NCBI GenBank assembly: GCA_000091205.1
Contig: AP006501.2
Length of the DNA stretch: 64,000 bases
Source: Cyanidioschyzon merolae
Taxonomy: Eukaryota
Strand: one strand, 5' to 3'
The position numbers and the translations under genes were made by a program. The notes beneath the pieces are model-generated. The model searched no databases and was not told the DNA's origin. It worked only from the letters and a program-made list of their open reading frames with translations. The stretch's first letter is position 1; every line of letters begins with the position of its first letter. Shown in pieces: positions 9,863 through 19,211 of the stretch.

Positions 9863-10204
9863 GTGGAAACCCAGTTATTCATGTCCTGCCAAACAGCGGC
9901 AGACTCGATAGCAACAGGAGTTGTGGGCGTAAGTCTATTGCTTCTGGTGTACTTTTTAAACCTGTTTGGGTACCTGCATGTGCAGCGCTGGCCTGATAGC
10001 GCAGTCTACGCGTCCCTCAACGCAATCGGGAGCGGGCTCTCCGCTGTGGCTAGCGGTCTGATCAGGTACTGGCCTTTTGTAGTATTGGAAGGCGTCTGGT
10101 GTTTGACGTCTCTTGCAGGACTTGGACGCATCTTGTACAGACACTGGAAAGGAAACCATAGCACAGCGAGCGCCGACGGAAGCAACACGAAAGACACAGG
10201 TTGA
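9863..10204 (+). CDS. Hypothetical small multi-pass membrane protein
   Basis: 113-aa ORF with hydrophobic, Gly-zipper-like segments (GVVGVSLLLLVYFLNLFGYL, NAIGSGLSAVASGLIRYWPFVVL). No family assigned. Confidence 0.25.
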   Translation: METQLFMSCQTAADSIATGVVGVSLLLLVYFLNLFGYLHVQRWPDSAVYASLNAIGSGLSAVASGLIRYWPFVVLEGVWCLTSLAGLGRILYRHWKGNHSTASADGSNTKDTG

Positions 10205-10492
10205 GTGAGCGCAGCTGGTACCCGAGACACCCGCGCTGCGACCGTGTTGGCAGTAACGCGAGTGCATACATATACACCAGCGGGCCTTTCGAGACGAACA
10301 CTCGGATAGGCCCCCGGTGCAATGATATATACGCACCGACCGTGCGCTGTTTGATTCAGGGGCGACCCTTTGCTTGGTCTCGTGGTGACTAAGTTTTGTT
10401 CCTTGTCGCCGGCACCATGGCTGTCAGCGTGTGCCGTGGAGGCCGAGCTATCGATTGAAGTTTTTCTGAACGAGCGCCTCGTAGGCGCCTGT

Positions 10493-11011
10493 CTACTGAA
10501 CGGAACACCAGCCCCGCGAAAAATACGGTTTAACAACCTCCGCGGTCGTCGCCGGTTGCGCCACCGTGCCAGTGCTGGAGCCACTGGTTCGTGCTGCTGC
10601 TGCTGCTGCTGCTGCTGCTTCCTTGCTGTGGGGCAGCTTTGACCCCTTGTCCTTCTTCTTCGGTTTGGAGGCCCCGGCTCCGGTGCTCTTTGGTGCTTTC
10701 TGTGACTTGGGCTTTTTCTTCTCTATTTTGTCCGGACGACGCTGCGCCGTAGCTTTGCTTTTCCGCGACAACTTGGACTCCCGTTCTAGTTTCAACGGTA
10801 TGGGCTCCCGTTTCGCTGCGCGGGCGGCTGCGGCAGCCGCGGCGGCGGCACGAGCCGGTGTTCGTCGCGGTGTGGGTAGTGGCGCCTCAGCCGTCGTGGG
10901 GCCGGCGGGTGCCGCCCTCGAAGGCAGCGCCGCCGTTGCCGCTTTTTTGTGCGGAATTTTTTGAGATTTTTTCTCTTCAGACTTGGTGCTTGATTTCATT
11001 TTCACGGTCAT
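10493..11011 (-). CDS. Hypothetical Lys/Ala-rich low-complexity basic protein
   Basis: The ORF from ATG 11011 encodes KKKPKSQKAPKSTGAGASKPKKKDKGSKLP with poly-Ala stretches and has no globular domain. It starts directly after the minisatellite and the 3' end of Fanzor-like copy B. It could be element-associated or spurious. Confidence 0.25.
   Translation of the reverse strand: MTVKMKSSTKSEEKKSQKIPHKKAATAALPSRAAPAGPTTAEAPLPTPRRTPARAAAAAAAAARAAKREPIPLKLERESKLSRKSKATAQRRPDKIEKKKPKSQKAPKSTGAGASKPKKKDKGSKLPHSKEAAAAAAAAARTSGSSTGTVAQPATTAEVVKPYFSRGWCSVQ
10593..10619. repeat. (CTG)9 microsatellite
   Basis: Direct read of gctgctgctgctgctgctgctgctgct. Confidence 0.9.
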
Positions 11012-11039
11012 AGAGGGTTGAGAGGGCCTTTCGTTATAG

Positions 11040-11200
11040 AAGAACGCGAAAACGTGGACCAAGCGCGCGACGTAACGCATTCGTGCGTGCGCGCGCGAAT
11101 TCGTGCTTGTGCGCGCGCATTCGTGCGTGTGTGCGCGCTCTCGTGCGTGTGTGTGCGCGACGTAACGCATTCGTGCGTGTGTGCGCGCCTAGCGGCGACA
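11040..11200. repeat. Imperfect 22-bp minisatellite (about 6 units), alternating CG/TG
   Basis: GCATTCGTGCGTGTGTGCGCGC-like units repeated. It lies at the 3' end of copy B and is read through in frame as (AHTHE...)n. Confidence 0.8.
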
Positions 11201-12124
11201 TCTTTTTCATTGACAAAACGTCTCCAACTGACGTGCAGGCGCCTCCCAGTCTTTTCGGACCGGCCACCCACTACTGCTTCCAAATTCTTCTCATATAGTT
11301 CCACTTTGAGAGGTTGTCCAACAAAGTTCTCCCGTGTCAGCTCTGGAGGTCTATTCTCCAGCACAGGACATCTCCGTATATTGATAGCGGCGTTAAAGTC
11401 TCGATTCACAAACTCCATACGCTTCTTGCCGTCATTGGTTGTACTCACTAATGCAAGGAGTCCACGAACGTTCGCCCTCCTTTTCATTTGCTCCTCCGTC
11501 AGCGGTCCGTACTTTGCTATTTCCTCAGCGCTCCGCTGACACGTTTCCATCCCCACTCGCTGAAGTGTACATCCCAGTTCATGGTGTGTATACGATGTTC
11601 GAAACTCATCTATCGGTATCGTAACGAAACGCCGTGCACACTCCTTGTACGTTCTTGTCGTCGGAGCTGGCGTAGTTTTTTTTGGGTCTTCCAACACCCT
11701 GCCCTATACGCTACTGAGAGCCTCTGACTTTCATCCTCTATGAGGGCACTCAACTGATTGAAAAAGTTGGCAAACGCCCGCTGGTTACCACAATACAGAT
11801 TCATTCGCAAACGAGCCCATCTGGGCTTTGTATACTCCTCCGGCAGCGCATCCCAATGGGCAAAACGAACTTCCATGAATTTCCGGAAAGCTTCAAAGTC
11901 CGCTCCTCGGCTGGTCACCTCGCTCAAAGCTTCCAGGTGATCCTTCATTCCTGAATTCTACGTACAAATTTTCTTCCTCGCATTCATTATACCGGATTCT
12001 CGATTGTATCTCGCTCTCGAGAACCTCAAAAGGCGCATGTCTTTCTGACGTAAGTTGCCGTCAGTACCATCTTCCGCACGCTGCGGTGCTGCGATGGTGA
12101 TGATATTTGTGTTTCCGGGGTCAG

Positions 12125-12430
12125 CGCCAACGACAAAGTCGTTCTCATGCACTTTCTGCACCGCAGGACCCGCCTCCTTCTTTTCTTCATGCTTCGCCGC
12201 GTCAACCATAAAGTCGTTATTCTCCATCTCCTGCGCCGAAGGATCCGCCTTCTTCTCATCTTCATCCTTCGCCACGTCAACGACAAGGTCGTTATCCTCC
12301 ACCTCCTGCGTAGCAGGATGCTCCTCTTTGTTTTCTTCATCCTTCGTCACGTCAACGACAAACTCGGTATCCTCCACCTCCTGCATCACAGGATCCTCCT
12401 CTTTGTTTTCTTCATCCTTCGTGACGGGCG
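12125..12430. repeat. 96-bp tandem repeat (about 3.2 units) inside copy B coding region
   Basis: The unit tcttcatccttcgccacgtcaacgacaaggtcgttatcctccacctcctgc...ctcctctttgttttc is repeated. On the minus strand it encodes repeated [20 protein letters not shown] units ending in the RuvC-I motif [10 protein letters not shown]. Confidence 0.8.
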
Positions 12431-14559
12431 CGGCCGAGGGCGGGACTGGCCCATCTGTCTTCAACCGCCGGTGGTGTACACACATGGCTACCCCATCGAT
12501 TTCGATCAACCTAGTGAATACCTTTTGTTTTGCTCGAATTGAGAAGTTTGAAATCGAAGATATTCCCCCAGTACGTCTCACGGTTTTCACCGGGGAACTC
12601 TGTCTTCCTTACACCGAACTCCGGACTGATCTGCCTCATGATGCCGTGAAGGACTGCGGAGTCGATAGTCACAAAATGTGACTTGATGTTGCACAACGGA
12701 ACCACGTTGAAGCGCTTCCCCATTAGGGCAGCCCTCCGTCTCTACCACTCTTCATTTGTCTCTTCACTCAGCTTCATCTCTGCCTTGTGTTCGAGCTCTC
12801 GGTCGAGAAACACAAAATATCGCAGGAGGAGGCGATAGTATCTTTCCTTGTCTTTTTTTCAACTCTGATATCTTGTCTGTTGGATTCGCCAGCCCCAGTA
12901 CCGCACGATGCTCTTGTTTAGCCACACGGATTACAGAAGCTTCATTCGTGCTCTCGTTTGGCGCCTTCTTATCGACGAATTCGACCTCATCTTCATGCTT
13001 GCGATCGTCCGTGATGCCGTTGGTAATCGCCCGTACGCCTTTGCGATAGATGGCCCGGTACGGCGCACACACGGCGCGTATCATGAAACGTTCGAGGCTC
13101 ATCGTCAATTGGTTCTCCAGGTTCGTGAGGTACTTCATCGCCCCGTATGTGTAAATATTTCCGTCACCGCTGTATCGATTATCCTCGAAGCTGTAAAAGG
13201 GATGTTTTTCATGGAGGGCATCCACTAGCACATTTTCCTTCCGCGCTTCTGCTGTACCAAGCATCAGCTGTCGAATAAAGGTCTTGTCCAAGAAATCGTC
13301 CGGAATCTCGACCGTTTCAATATGCGCCACGTCTTCGTACATCTGCCTCGCCAAATGCATCACTCCTGACGACGCCTTGACAATGCTCTTGGAGTACTAG
13401 TCGACAAGTTTTTCGATAGCGTCTCGCAACTTTTCCGTGTACGGATTCTTGATATGTTTAAGAAGACCAGCTTTCACCACCATCTCGTCGTACAGTCGTC
13501 TTTCTTGCCGCCTTCGACGTAGGGCCTCCCGTTTTCGGTTCCTCTTCTCTTCTTTTTCTTCTGGACTCGGCACTGTTTTTTGTTTTTTTTCTAGCAGCCG
13601 GCGACCCTGGGCCTCCAGGATCGTGGACTTGCTTTTTCAAGACTTTCCTTTTCTAGTTTTTTTGGAAAAGAACGCTCCTTGAACCCTTCTGTTATACGCT
13701 ACGAAAAACACTTGACTAGACTTGTTTGAGGGTTGAAACACAAATGAACTGAAAACTTTATTTTTGTTCGAATCCTACGCGAATACAACTTTTACAGCTG
13801 AACATCACGCTAGAGATCAGGATCGCGTTTTCCTTCAACGGCGGCATGCGCATCCTGTCTCATGCTTGCCTGATCTCCCAGGAACGCTCATTTAGCGCAC
13901 TGCGTGCACCGCGCGAGACGCCTCACCGATCGATGAAGGACACGTGTCCGACACCCCGCCTTGGCACATGCGTGTTCGCATCGCGCTGGAGCGAAAATCA
14001 AGTGTCCTAGATCGTGAACTCACGTAGAACGATCTCTTGCTGTAGGCTCTGTCGCTGGTGCCGACGCTACTGCCCATCGCAGTACCGTCCTGACATACAA
14101 GGGGATGCAGGGGCCTGGTACGATACCCGTCGACGCGTCTATCAAACGCGTAGCGTTCTCTGCGGCTTACGCTTGTGCGGATGAGATATGCATCACTCTA
14201 CTCATTAGAAATTTCGTTACATTTATTGATCGTAAACAAACAAGGTACGGTAGTGTTCCCCAACACGGATACAAGTTTATTTCATTTGCTTGTTATACAT
14301 GCCGCACGGACGCTGGAATAAGGAACTAACCTGAATTTTGCTTCCACCCGGCGTCACGGGCTGGAACTGATGGCGCTTCAAGTCATTTCCATGCTGCTGT
14401 CGTTGTTCAACTTATGGTGCCTGCATCGTCCTCCGGATCCGGTGATCTTGGCCGAGGCATACCACACATATAGCGTCCAGATCTGCCACGACGTTTGAAC
14501 ATTGCATCTCGCCTGGCATGATCGACACGCTTGAGAAAAGCGCATACTGTATTCTGGTC

Positions 14560-15100
14560 TACTCTATCAGATTATATACAATTGCCTAACCCGTACATCG
14601 ACGACCGCAGACCAACAACAAACGCCTTCCAAAAGAAAAACGTTTTCGCCAGCCGTGTACAGTAGTGGCGCTCTGCGCGCCCCAGACGAAACGTCTCAAT
14701 CTACCAGTCCGCAGACGCCTCTCAGGCTTTGTTGAACGGCCGACTGGTATCGATCTCAGCTTCTCCTTGTACAATTCGAGACTGGGAGGCTGTCCCACAC
14801 CAAAGTTGACATGCCACAGCGCCACGGATCTCGTCTTCAGAACCGCACATCCCCTGATATTGCTAGCAGTGTTAAAGTCTCGGTTAACAAACACCATGCG
14901 TTTATTGCCTCTTCTTGAACTTGTCCATGCAAGGAGTCGTCGAAGTCATGCCCTCACTGCCATTTAGTGCTCTATCAGCTCTCCGTGCTTTTCTGTCGCC
15001 GAAGCGCCCCGCTGGCTCTTCTCTATCTCATTCTTCTGAAGTGTACACCCGGGCTCATCCCTTGATTTTTCAAAATGAAGAAACTTGTTTATATCTTTAA
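14560..15100 (-). mobile_element. Fanzor/TnpB-like 3' fragment (copy C)
   Basis: Minus-strand ORF 14586..14897 encodes MVFVNRDFNTASNIRGCAVLKTR...GQPPSLELYKEKLRSIPVGRSTKPERRL...ATTVHGWRKRF. The upstream antisense ORF 14915..15100 parallels 11439..11624 and 29152..29337 (zinc-finger region). The copy is 5'-truncated. Confidence 0.6.
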
Positions 15101-16009
15101 GTTGGAACCCTCCCGGAGGGATAAGCACTTGCGGGGAAAACATGACATGAGCCCCGTAATGTCACCGTGTGCTGAACGTTTCAGCGATTCGCCCCGCAGA
15201 CAAAGGACTGCTTTGCGGTACCTCTACAGACGTTGAATGCACGAGTGCGTGCATGCTTTGCATCGCCCCACGTCGCCCTAGAACCAGACCCCAGTTCAAG
15301 GCTCCCGACAGCGGCAGCGAACGGAACACTAGCCTGCTCAATCCTTGAACAGTTCGCATGCTTTGTTCTGCAAATGTTCAGGTTGAATCGCACGCGAGAA
15401 AAGCAGACCTCATTGGGTCCCAGGGTAGCCTGTGGTTGTCACCGATTTTGCAGATGATCGGACTGATCACGCACGAAGCGCAGCGGCACGGTGCGCATCA
15501 TGATCCATGGTGCGATACACCTCGCCATCATGTCGTCGGTCCGCATCGAACGACTCTGAACGAGTCTAGATGCTTGCTAGCGTTTCTTGCGTACAGCTGC
15601 CGACAGGACGAGTCATCGTGTTTCCCGCGCGTGCATGGCTAGACCTGCGTAGCGGTGCCTCTATCAAAGATGGTATCAGAACGGCGTAAGAGCGCACGAT
15701 TGTTCTCAGGCGCTAGACCGGAGTCCAAGTACGATGCGTTGCTGCGGCCTTCAGACATGTGCAGTCCTGAACCGTCATCGTAACGTCTACGAAAGCATCT
15801 CAAACGACCGAATCATGTTTGGTAGTCCATGCTTTGGCATCGCCTTCGACAATATGCTTCGTTTCTAGGTTCTAGGTACGCGCTGCATTACGCACAGCTG
15901 CATCCGCTTCTGCTGCGAAAACATGCAGTGCCGTGAACGCGTCGCGGTGCACCGCAACCTGCGTCCCGTGCCTCATCCAACAGATCCTGTGTTTCCTCGT
16001 GCTCATCAC

Positions 16010-17052
16010 TCAGACACAGAGTTGCGCTCGAGCGCGCCTGATCCATGCGTTTGGATCGAAGCCAGCCGCTTTTCGAGCAGTCTCGTTTCGTACGAGCGGA
16101 TCTGGATATCGTTCTTCGGGACTCTGAGCGATGTCAAGCGCTCGTGCACTGGGCATGTCGACCACGATTCTTTTCCCGTCGGTTGGAGAACGCTGGTCAA
16201 GCGCAGACCCGCCTCTGCTCCCTTGTGCCGGATGCACGTTGACGCGGACCTTGTCGTCAGCGCCCAGCTGTGGAGGACGCTGTGCCCCGGGCGCCTTAGA
16301 AAGCGCCGACTGCTGCGCTCGCGTTCCGCCCCTGCCGGTGTCGTTTCGGAGCGCTGCCTGCAGCCGACGTGTTCGTTCGTGCTCTTCGGCTAGGCGCCTT
16401 TGTCGCTCTTCCTCCTCGTCTTCCCGAGCTAGTGCTGCTAGACGAGTCTGCCGTGCTCGCTCATCGGCTGCTAGCTGGGCTGCTTCGGCCTGCTCTCGCT
16501 CCTGCCATTTCAGTTGGTTCCGGCGGATCAGTGCTGCGTTCTCCTTGCGGTAAGCGGCGATTCTTTCATTCGTCCGCTCGACATCGATACCGTGCACAAG
16601 ATTGAAGATGAGCTCTTCGACCATTTCCAGATAGTCCTCGTATTCTTGATCGCTAGTAAAGTCGTCCCGCAACTTGTTGAAATCGCGCAGAATGCGCCGG
16701 CGGATCGACTTTTCGCGTTCCAGTTCCTCTTCCAGACGAGACACCCAGTCTGAGGTCTGCTCCGAGCCGCCGACCGAACGCTCCATTTCGCCGCTGTTCA
16801 CGCAACCCGAACGGACTTTTCTCGTTCCACTGCTTGTTTCAGACGGGAATCCCAGCCCGAAGCCTGAACTGAGCCTGCGGCGCGGCACTTCATACAACCG
16901 TCGTTCAGGTAACTGTGTTCGATGGATACCAGCGGTGGGTACGTGCGTACATCGAGGCGTTCGCGTTCCTCACGACGGTGTCCTTGGTGCCTGCATTGTT
17001 CGCCACGCTCGTGTCGGCATAGAATGCAACGGATCCGGGAACTCGGGCGCAC
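16010..17052 (-). CDS. MAT1: CDK-activating kinase assembly factor MAT1-like (degenerate RING + MAT1 domain); putative 56-nt intron at 16757..16812
   Basis: ILRDFNKLRDDFTSDQEYEDYLEMVEELIFNLVHGIDVERTNERIAAYRKENAALIRRNQLKWQ matches the MAT1 core. Upstream ORF 16798..17052 has a RING-like CxxC...CxH..H...CxxC. Its in-frame stop can be removed by a GT...AG intron (56 nt) that joins ...VEREKS to TSDWVSRLEE.... Confidence 0.65.
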
Positions 17053-17064
17053 AGTCTCAAGGAT

Positions 17065-17436
17065 TCAGTGCATTCCATGATGATCAACACCAGCATTTGC
17101 CGGTTTGTTCTGTGACTGTTTCCGTTTCCCCCGCGCTTTTCTCAGGCTTGGAAAATACGCAGGACCTGCCTGTCCCGCCAGCTCCATTTTCCGTATACGA
17201 AGGATGTTCATTGCTGCATGAAACCCGCGACTTCTCGGCATCTGGATGTTGTCGACGCATTTCATGCACAGGCGTAAGTTGCGGTCTTCATACCGTTTGT
17301 CATTTCCATTTTCTTTGTATGCAGCCTCGGTACGCGCTTCGCAGCTGCGACTCTTGGCTGTGTAATGGTGTTCCCGTGTGCGCACCATGACTTGCGGTCC
17401 AGGCGCCGTTCCATGAAACGTGAGCGCCTGCTTCAT
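17065..17436 (-). mobile_element. Fragment of a second TnpB-like family (zinc finger + RuvC-III: RLCMKCV...RGFHAAMNILRI)
   Basis: The ORF encodes ...KRYEDRNLRLCMKCVDNIQMPRSRGFHAAMNILRI. This is homologous to 45900..46087 (RYSRLCMKCVRGIRKAQDRNFNAAVNVLRL), with 20 of 22 nt identical around CTGTGCATGAAATG. It has CxxC plus DxNAAxNI-type architecture. Confidence 0.5.
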
Positions 17437-18434
17437 CGCTCGTTACATAAAGTAGACGGGCACAGGAGGCTTTATTCCATGCCTTGCTATGGTTTCGCTT
17501 CCGGTGCCATGCCCTATGATCACGGGCTTTCTTCAGGTGAAGTCTTCGACGAGTTCTCTGTCCGCTGCGTGCGCGAGCACACGCTGTTCCCTTCAAGAGA
17601 AGATTCGGAGCACGCGATATTGTCCATGATGGAACAAGTATTGAAAGAAAAGCCCAGTCTCGAGATGCGCTCGAGATATTTCCATCCCTCCACGTTCGCT
17701 TCGTGCAAAGCGGTAGCGCACGCTCTATTGGAGGCGATCGCTCCAATGAGTGCAGAGCGGGTCCAGGTACATTGCCCATCCAGGCAGAAAAGAGGGGAGC
17801 CTCTCGGGAGCATAACGCCCGAGCGGTACCGTGATGCTGATGAATTCAATTTTTTATATATTTATATAGAGAGGATGGCATGTGTTTCGAACGAAATCGA
17901 ATATTTGACGTGAGACGTTCAGTAAACTCGCGGTACGAGCTTGTGGAAACGCCTCCAAAGAACAACGTTGACTCTATTTTCCTTCTTCCATCCAGCGATG
18001 CGGATTGCAGCGCACGCGAGTTGCCATGAAAAGCAGAGAACAAAAACCAGAAGTGCGCGTAACTCGATCTTGTTACGATTAAGGAAAAGAGAACGGAGGA
18101 AGCGTGCGCGTATGCATCGGATAATGATATCCTTCATTTTACAAACTATTGCGTCGAGAAACATCTTGATTCCGGTGACGTAACGAATACCAGCAGCATC
18201 AAGTCATATGAATCACCCCGAAAACAAAACCGAGAGTTCGGAAGCGACAGATGAGTCACCAAACCCATATTGCCATTCTTCGAATATCGAAGTTGCACAT
18301 CAAAAGAGAAACGTTCGGAAAAATCGCAAGCCAGGAACGGAGCGCGCAACCCCGAGTTCCATAGTAAAGTGGTAGGTGTGGAGGTCGCTGGCAACCGTTG
18401 TCCGCTGCTTGCCACGCTAAGCACTCGCTGATCC

Positions 18435-19211
18435 ATGCGGAGTGAGTGGCCCTTCGACTATGCGTCGGAGGCTGACGCCATGCTCCACCGGATAACGCCG
18501 GAGAACTTTGAGAAACTGGTGCGGTTTGCTGCCCGTTTGTTGCGTGTGGGCGAGATCATCGCCTTGCCGACCGACACGGTTTACGGGTTGGCTGCAGCGG
18601 CTCGCAACTCGCACGGCATTGAGCTGTTGTACCAGACGAAGCAGCGAGACTTGCGAAAGCCGCTAGCAATTGCAGTTCCTTCGGTAGAGGACGTTTCGGT
18701 ATACCTGCACACGGAACACTTGCCTCCGGGACTGCTCGAGGCGATCTTGCCGGGGCCACTGACGCTGCTTCTGCGCCAGCGAGAGGACTACGTGGGCATA
18801 GACCTTCAAGACGTGCGTATCGACCAATACAGGGGCTGGGAACGAGCCAAGCGGCTGGCGCCGAACCTAAACCTCAGGCGGGACGGTCTACTGGGGGTGC
18901 GCGTCCCGGACGCTTCCTTCGCCTGCGCGGTTTCCCGCGAACTCGGTGACCCGCTGGCGTTGACGTCTGCGAATGTCAGCGGTCGTGGAGACTGCGGCAG
19001 TGTTGATGAGTTTCGTGCGCTCTGGAGTGCATGCGCTGCAGTATTCGACGGAGGCGCTATGCCGAAACCCGTTATGCCGAGCACCGTCGTGGACCTGAGC
19101 GTACCCGGCACATTTCGCATCACACGTGCAGGCTGGATGGCGACAGACCTCGTTCGTATTCTGGAAAATAAATTCGGGCTCACGAACAAGAGCGCGAATA
19201 CGAGCAACTAG
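18435..19211 (+). CDS. YrdC/Sua5-family L-threonylcarbamoyladenylate synthase (t6A biosynthesis)
   Basis: 258 aa. Has the YrdC hallmark (IALPTDTVYGLAAAA), RKPLAI and LTSANVSG motifs. Confidence 0.8.
   Translation: MRSEWPFDYASEADAMLHRITPENFEKLVRFAARLLRVGEIIALPTDTVYGLAAAARNSHGIELLYQTKQRDLRKPLAIAVPSVEDVSVYLHTEHLPPGLLEAILPGPLTLLLRQREDYVGIDLQDVRIDQYRGWERAKRLAPNLNLRRDGLLGVRVPDASFACAVSRELGDPLALTSANVSGRGDCGSVDEFRALWSACAAVFDGGAMPKPVMPSTVVDLSVPGTFRITRAGWMATDLVRILENKFGLTNKSANTSN

Larger units (their letters stand above)
11008..13700 (-). pseudogene. Near-full-length Fanzor/TnpB-like RuvC nuclease gene (copy B), frameshifted
   Basis: Consecutive minus-strand ORFs (13458..13640, 12764..13363, 12511..12723, 11958..12590, 11610..11948, 11008..11697) together give about 850 aa. 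Reading from the N-terminus: an NLS-like segment (HDPGGPGSPAARKKTKNSAESRRKRRE), RuvC-I ([16 protein letters not shown]), RuvC-II (LSALIEDESQRL...AGCWKT), the YKE...FVTIPIDEFRTSYTHHELGC...C zinc-finger region, RuvC-III (EFVNRDFNAAINIRRC), and a tail (FVGQPLKVELYEKNLEAVVGGRSEKTGRRL). At least three frameshifts are present. Confidence 0.7.

Noticed and set aside
9172-9882. 236-aa Arg-rich minus-strand ORF
   Set aside because: Overlapped on the plus strand by three other ORFs, extremely Arg/Ser/Ala-rich, and spans microsatellite (CCAG)n. Most likely non-coding.
10370-10964. Plus-strand ORFs of 90 and 132 aa with poly-Cys and poly-Ala runs
   Set aside because: These are translations of (CTG)n/(GCN)n microsatellites antisense to the Lys/Ala-rich ORF. 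Purely low complexity.
11040-12430. Tandem repeats as a CRISPR array
   Set aside because: Eukaryotic nuclear context. The 22-bp units are contiguous with no unique spacers, and the 96-bp repeat is an in-frame coding duplication.
13765-13790. tRNA-like T-loop sequence GTTCGAATCC
   Set aside because: Flanking bases cannot form a T-stem (ttttg / cctac) and no acceptor or anticodon arms could be built. It is part of the copy B 5' flank, which is similar to the TTCGAATGCATC motif of the short elements.
16798-17052. CMKC in the MAT1 RING region as another copy of the family-2 TnpB-like fragment (which also has LCMKCV)
   Set aside because: The peptide coincidence is not supported at DNA level (tgtatgaagtgc versus tgcatgaaatgt, with unrelated flanks). 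The MAT1 segment fits a RING-like CxxC...CxH..H...CxxC pattern instead.
17365-17913. 182-aa plus-strand ORF upstream of MAT1
   Set aside because: No recognisable motif. It overlaps minus-strand ORFs and the family-2 TnpB-like fragment region. Insufficient support to call a gene.
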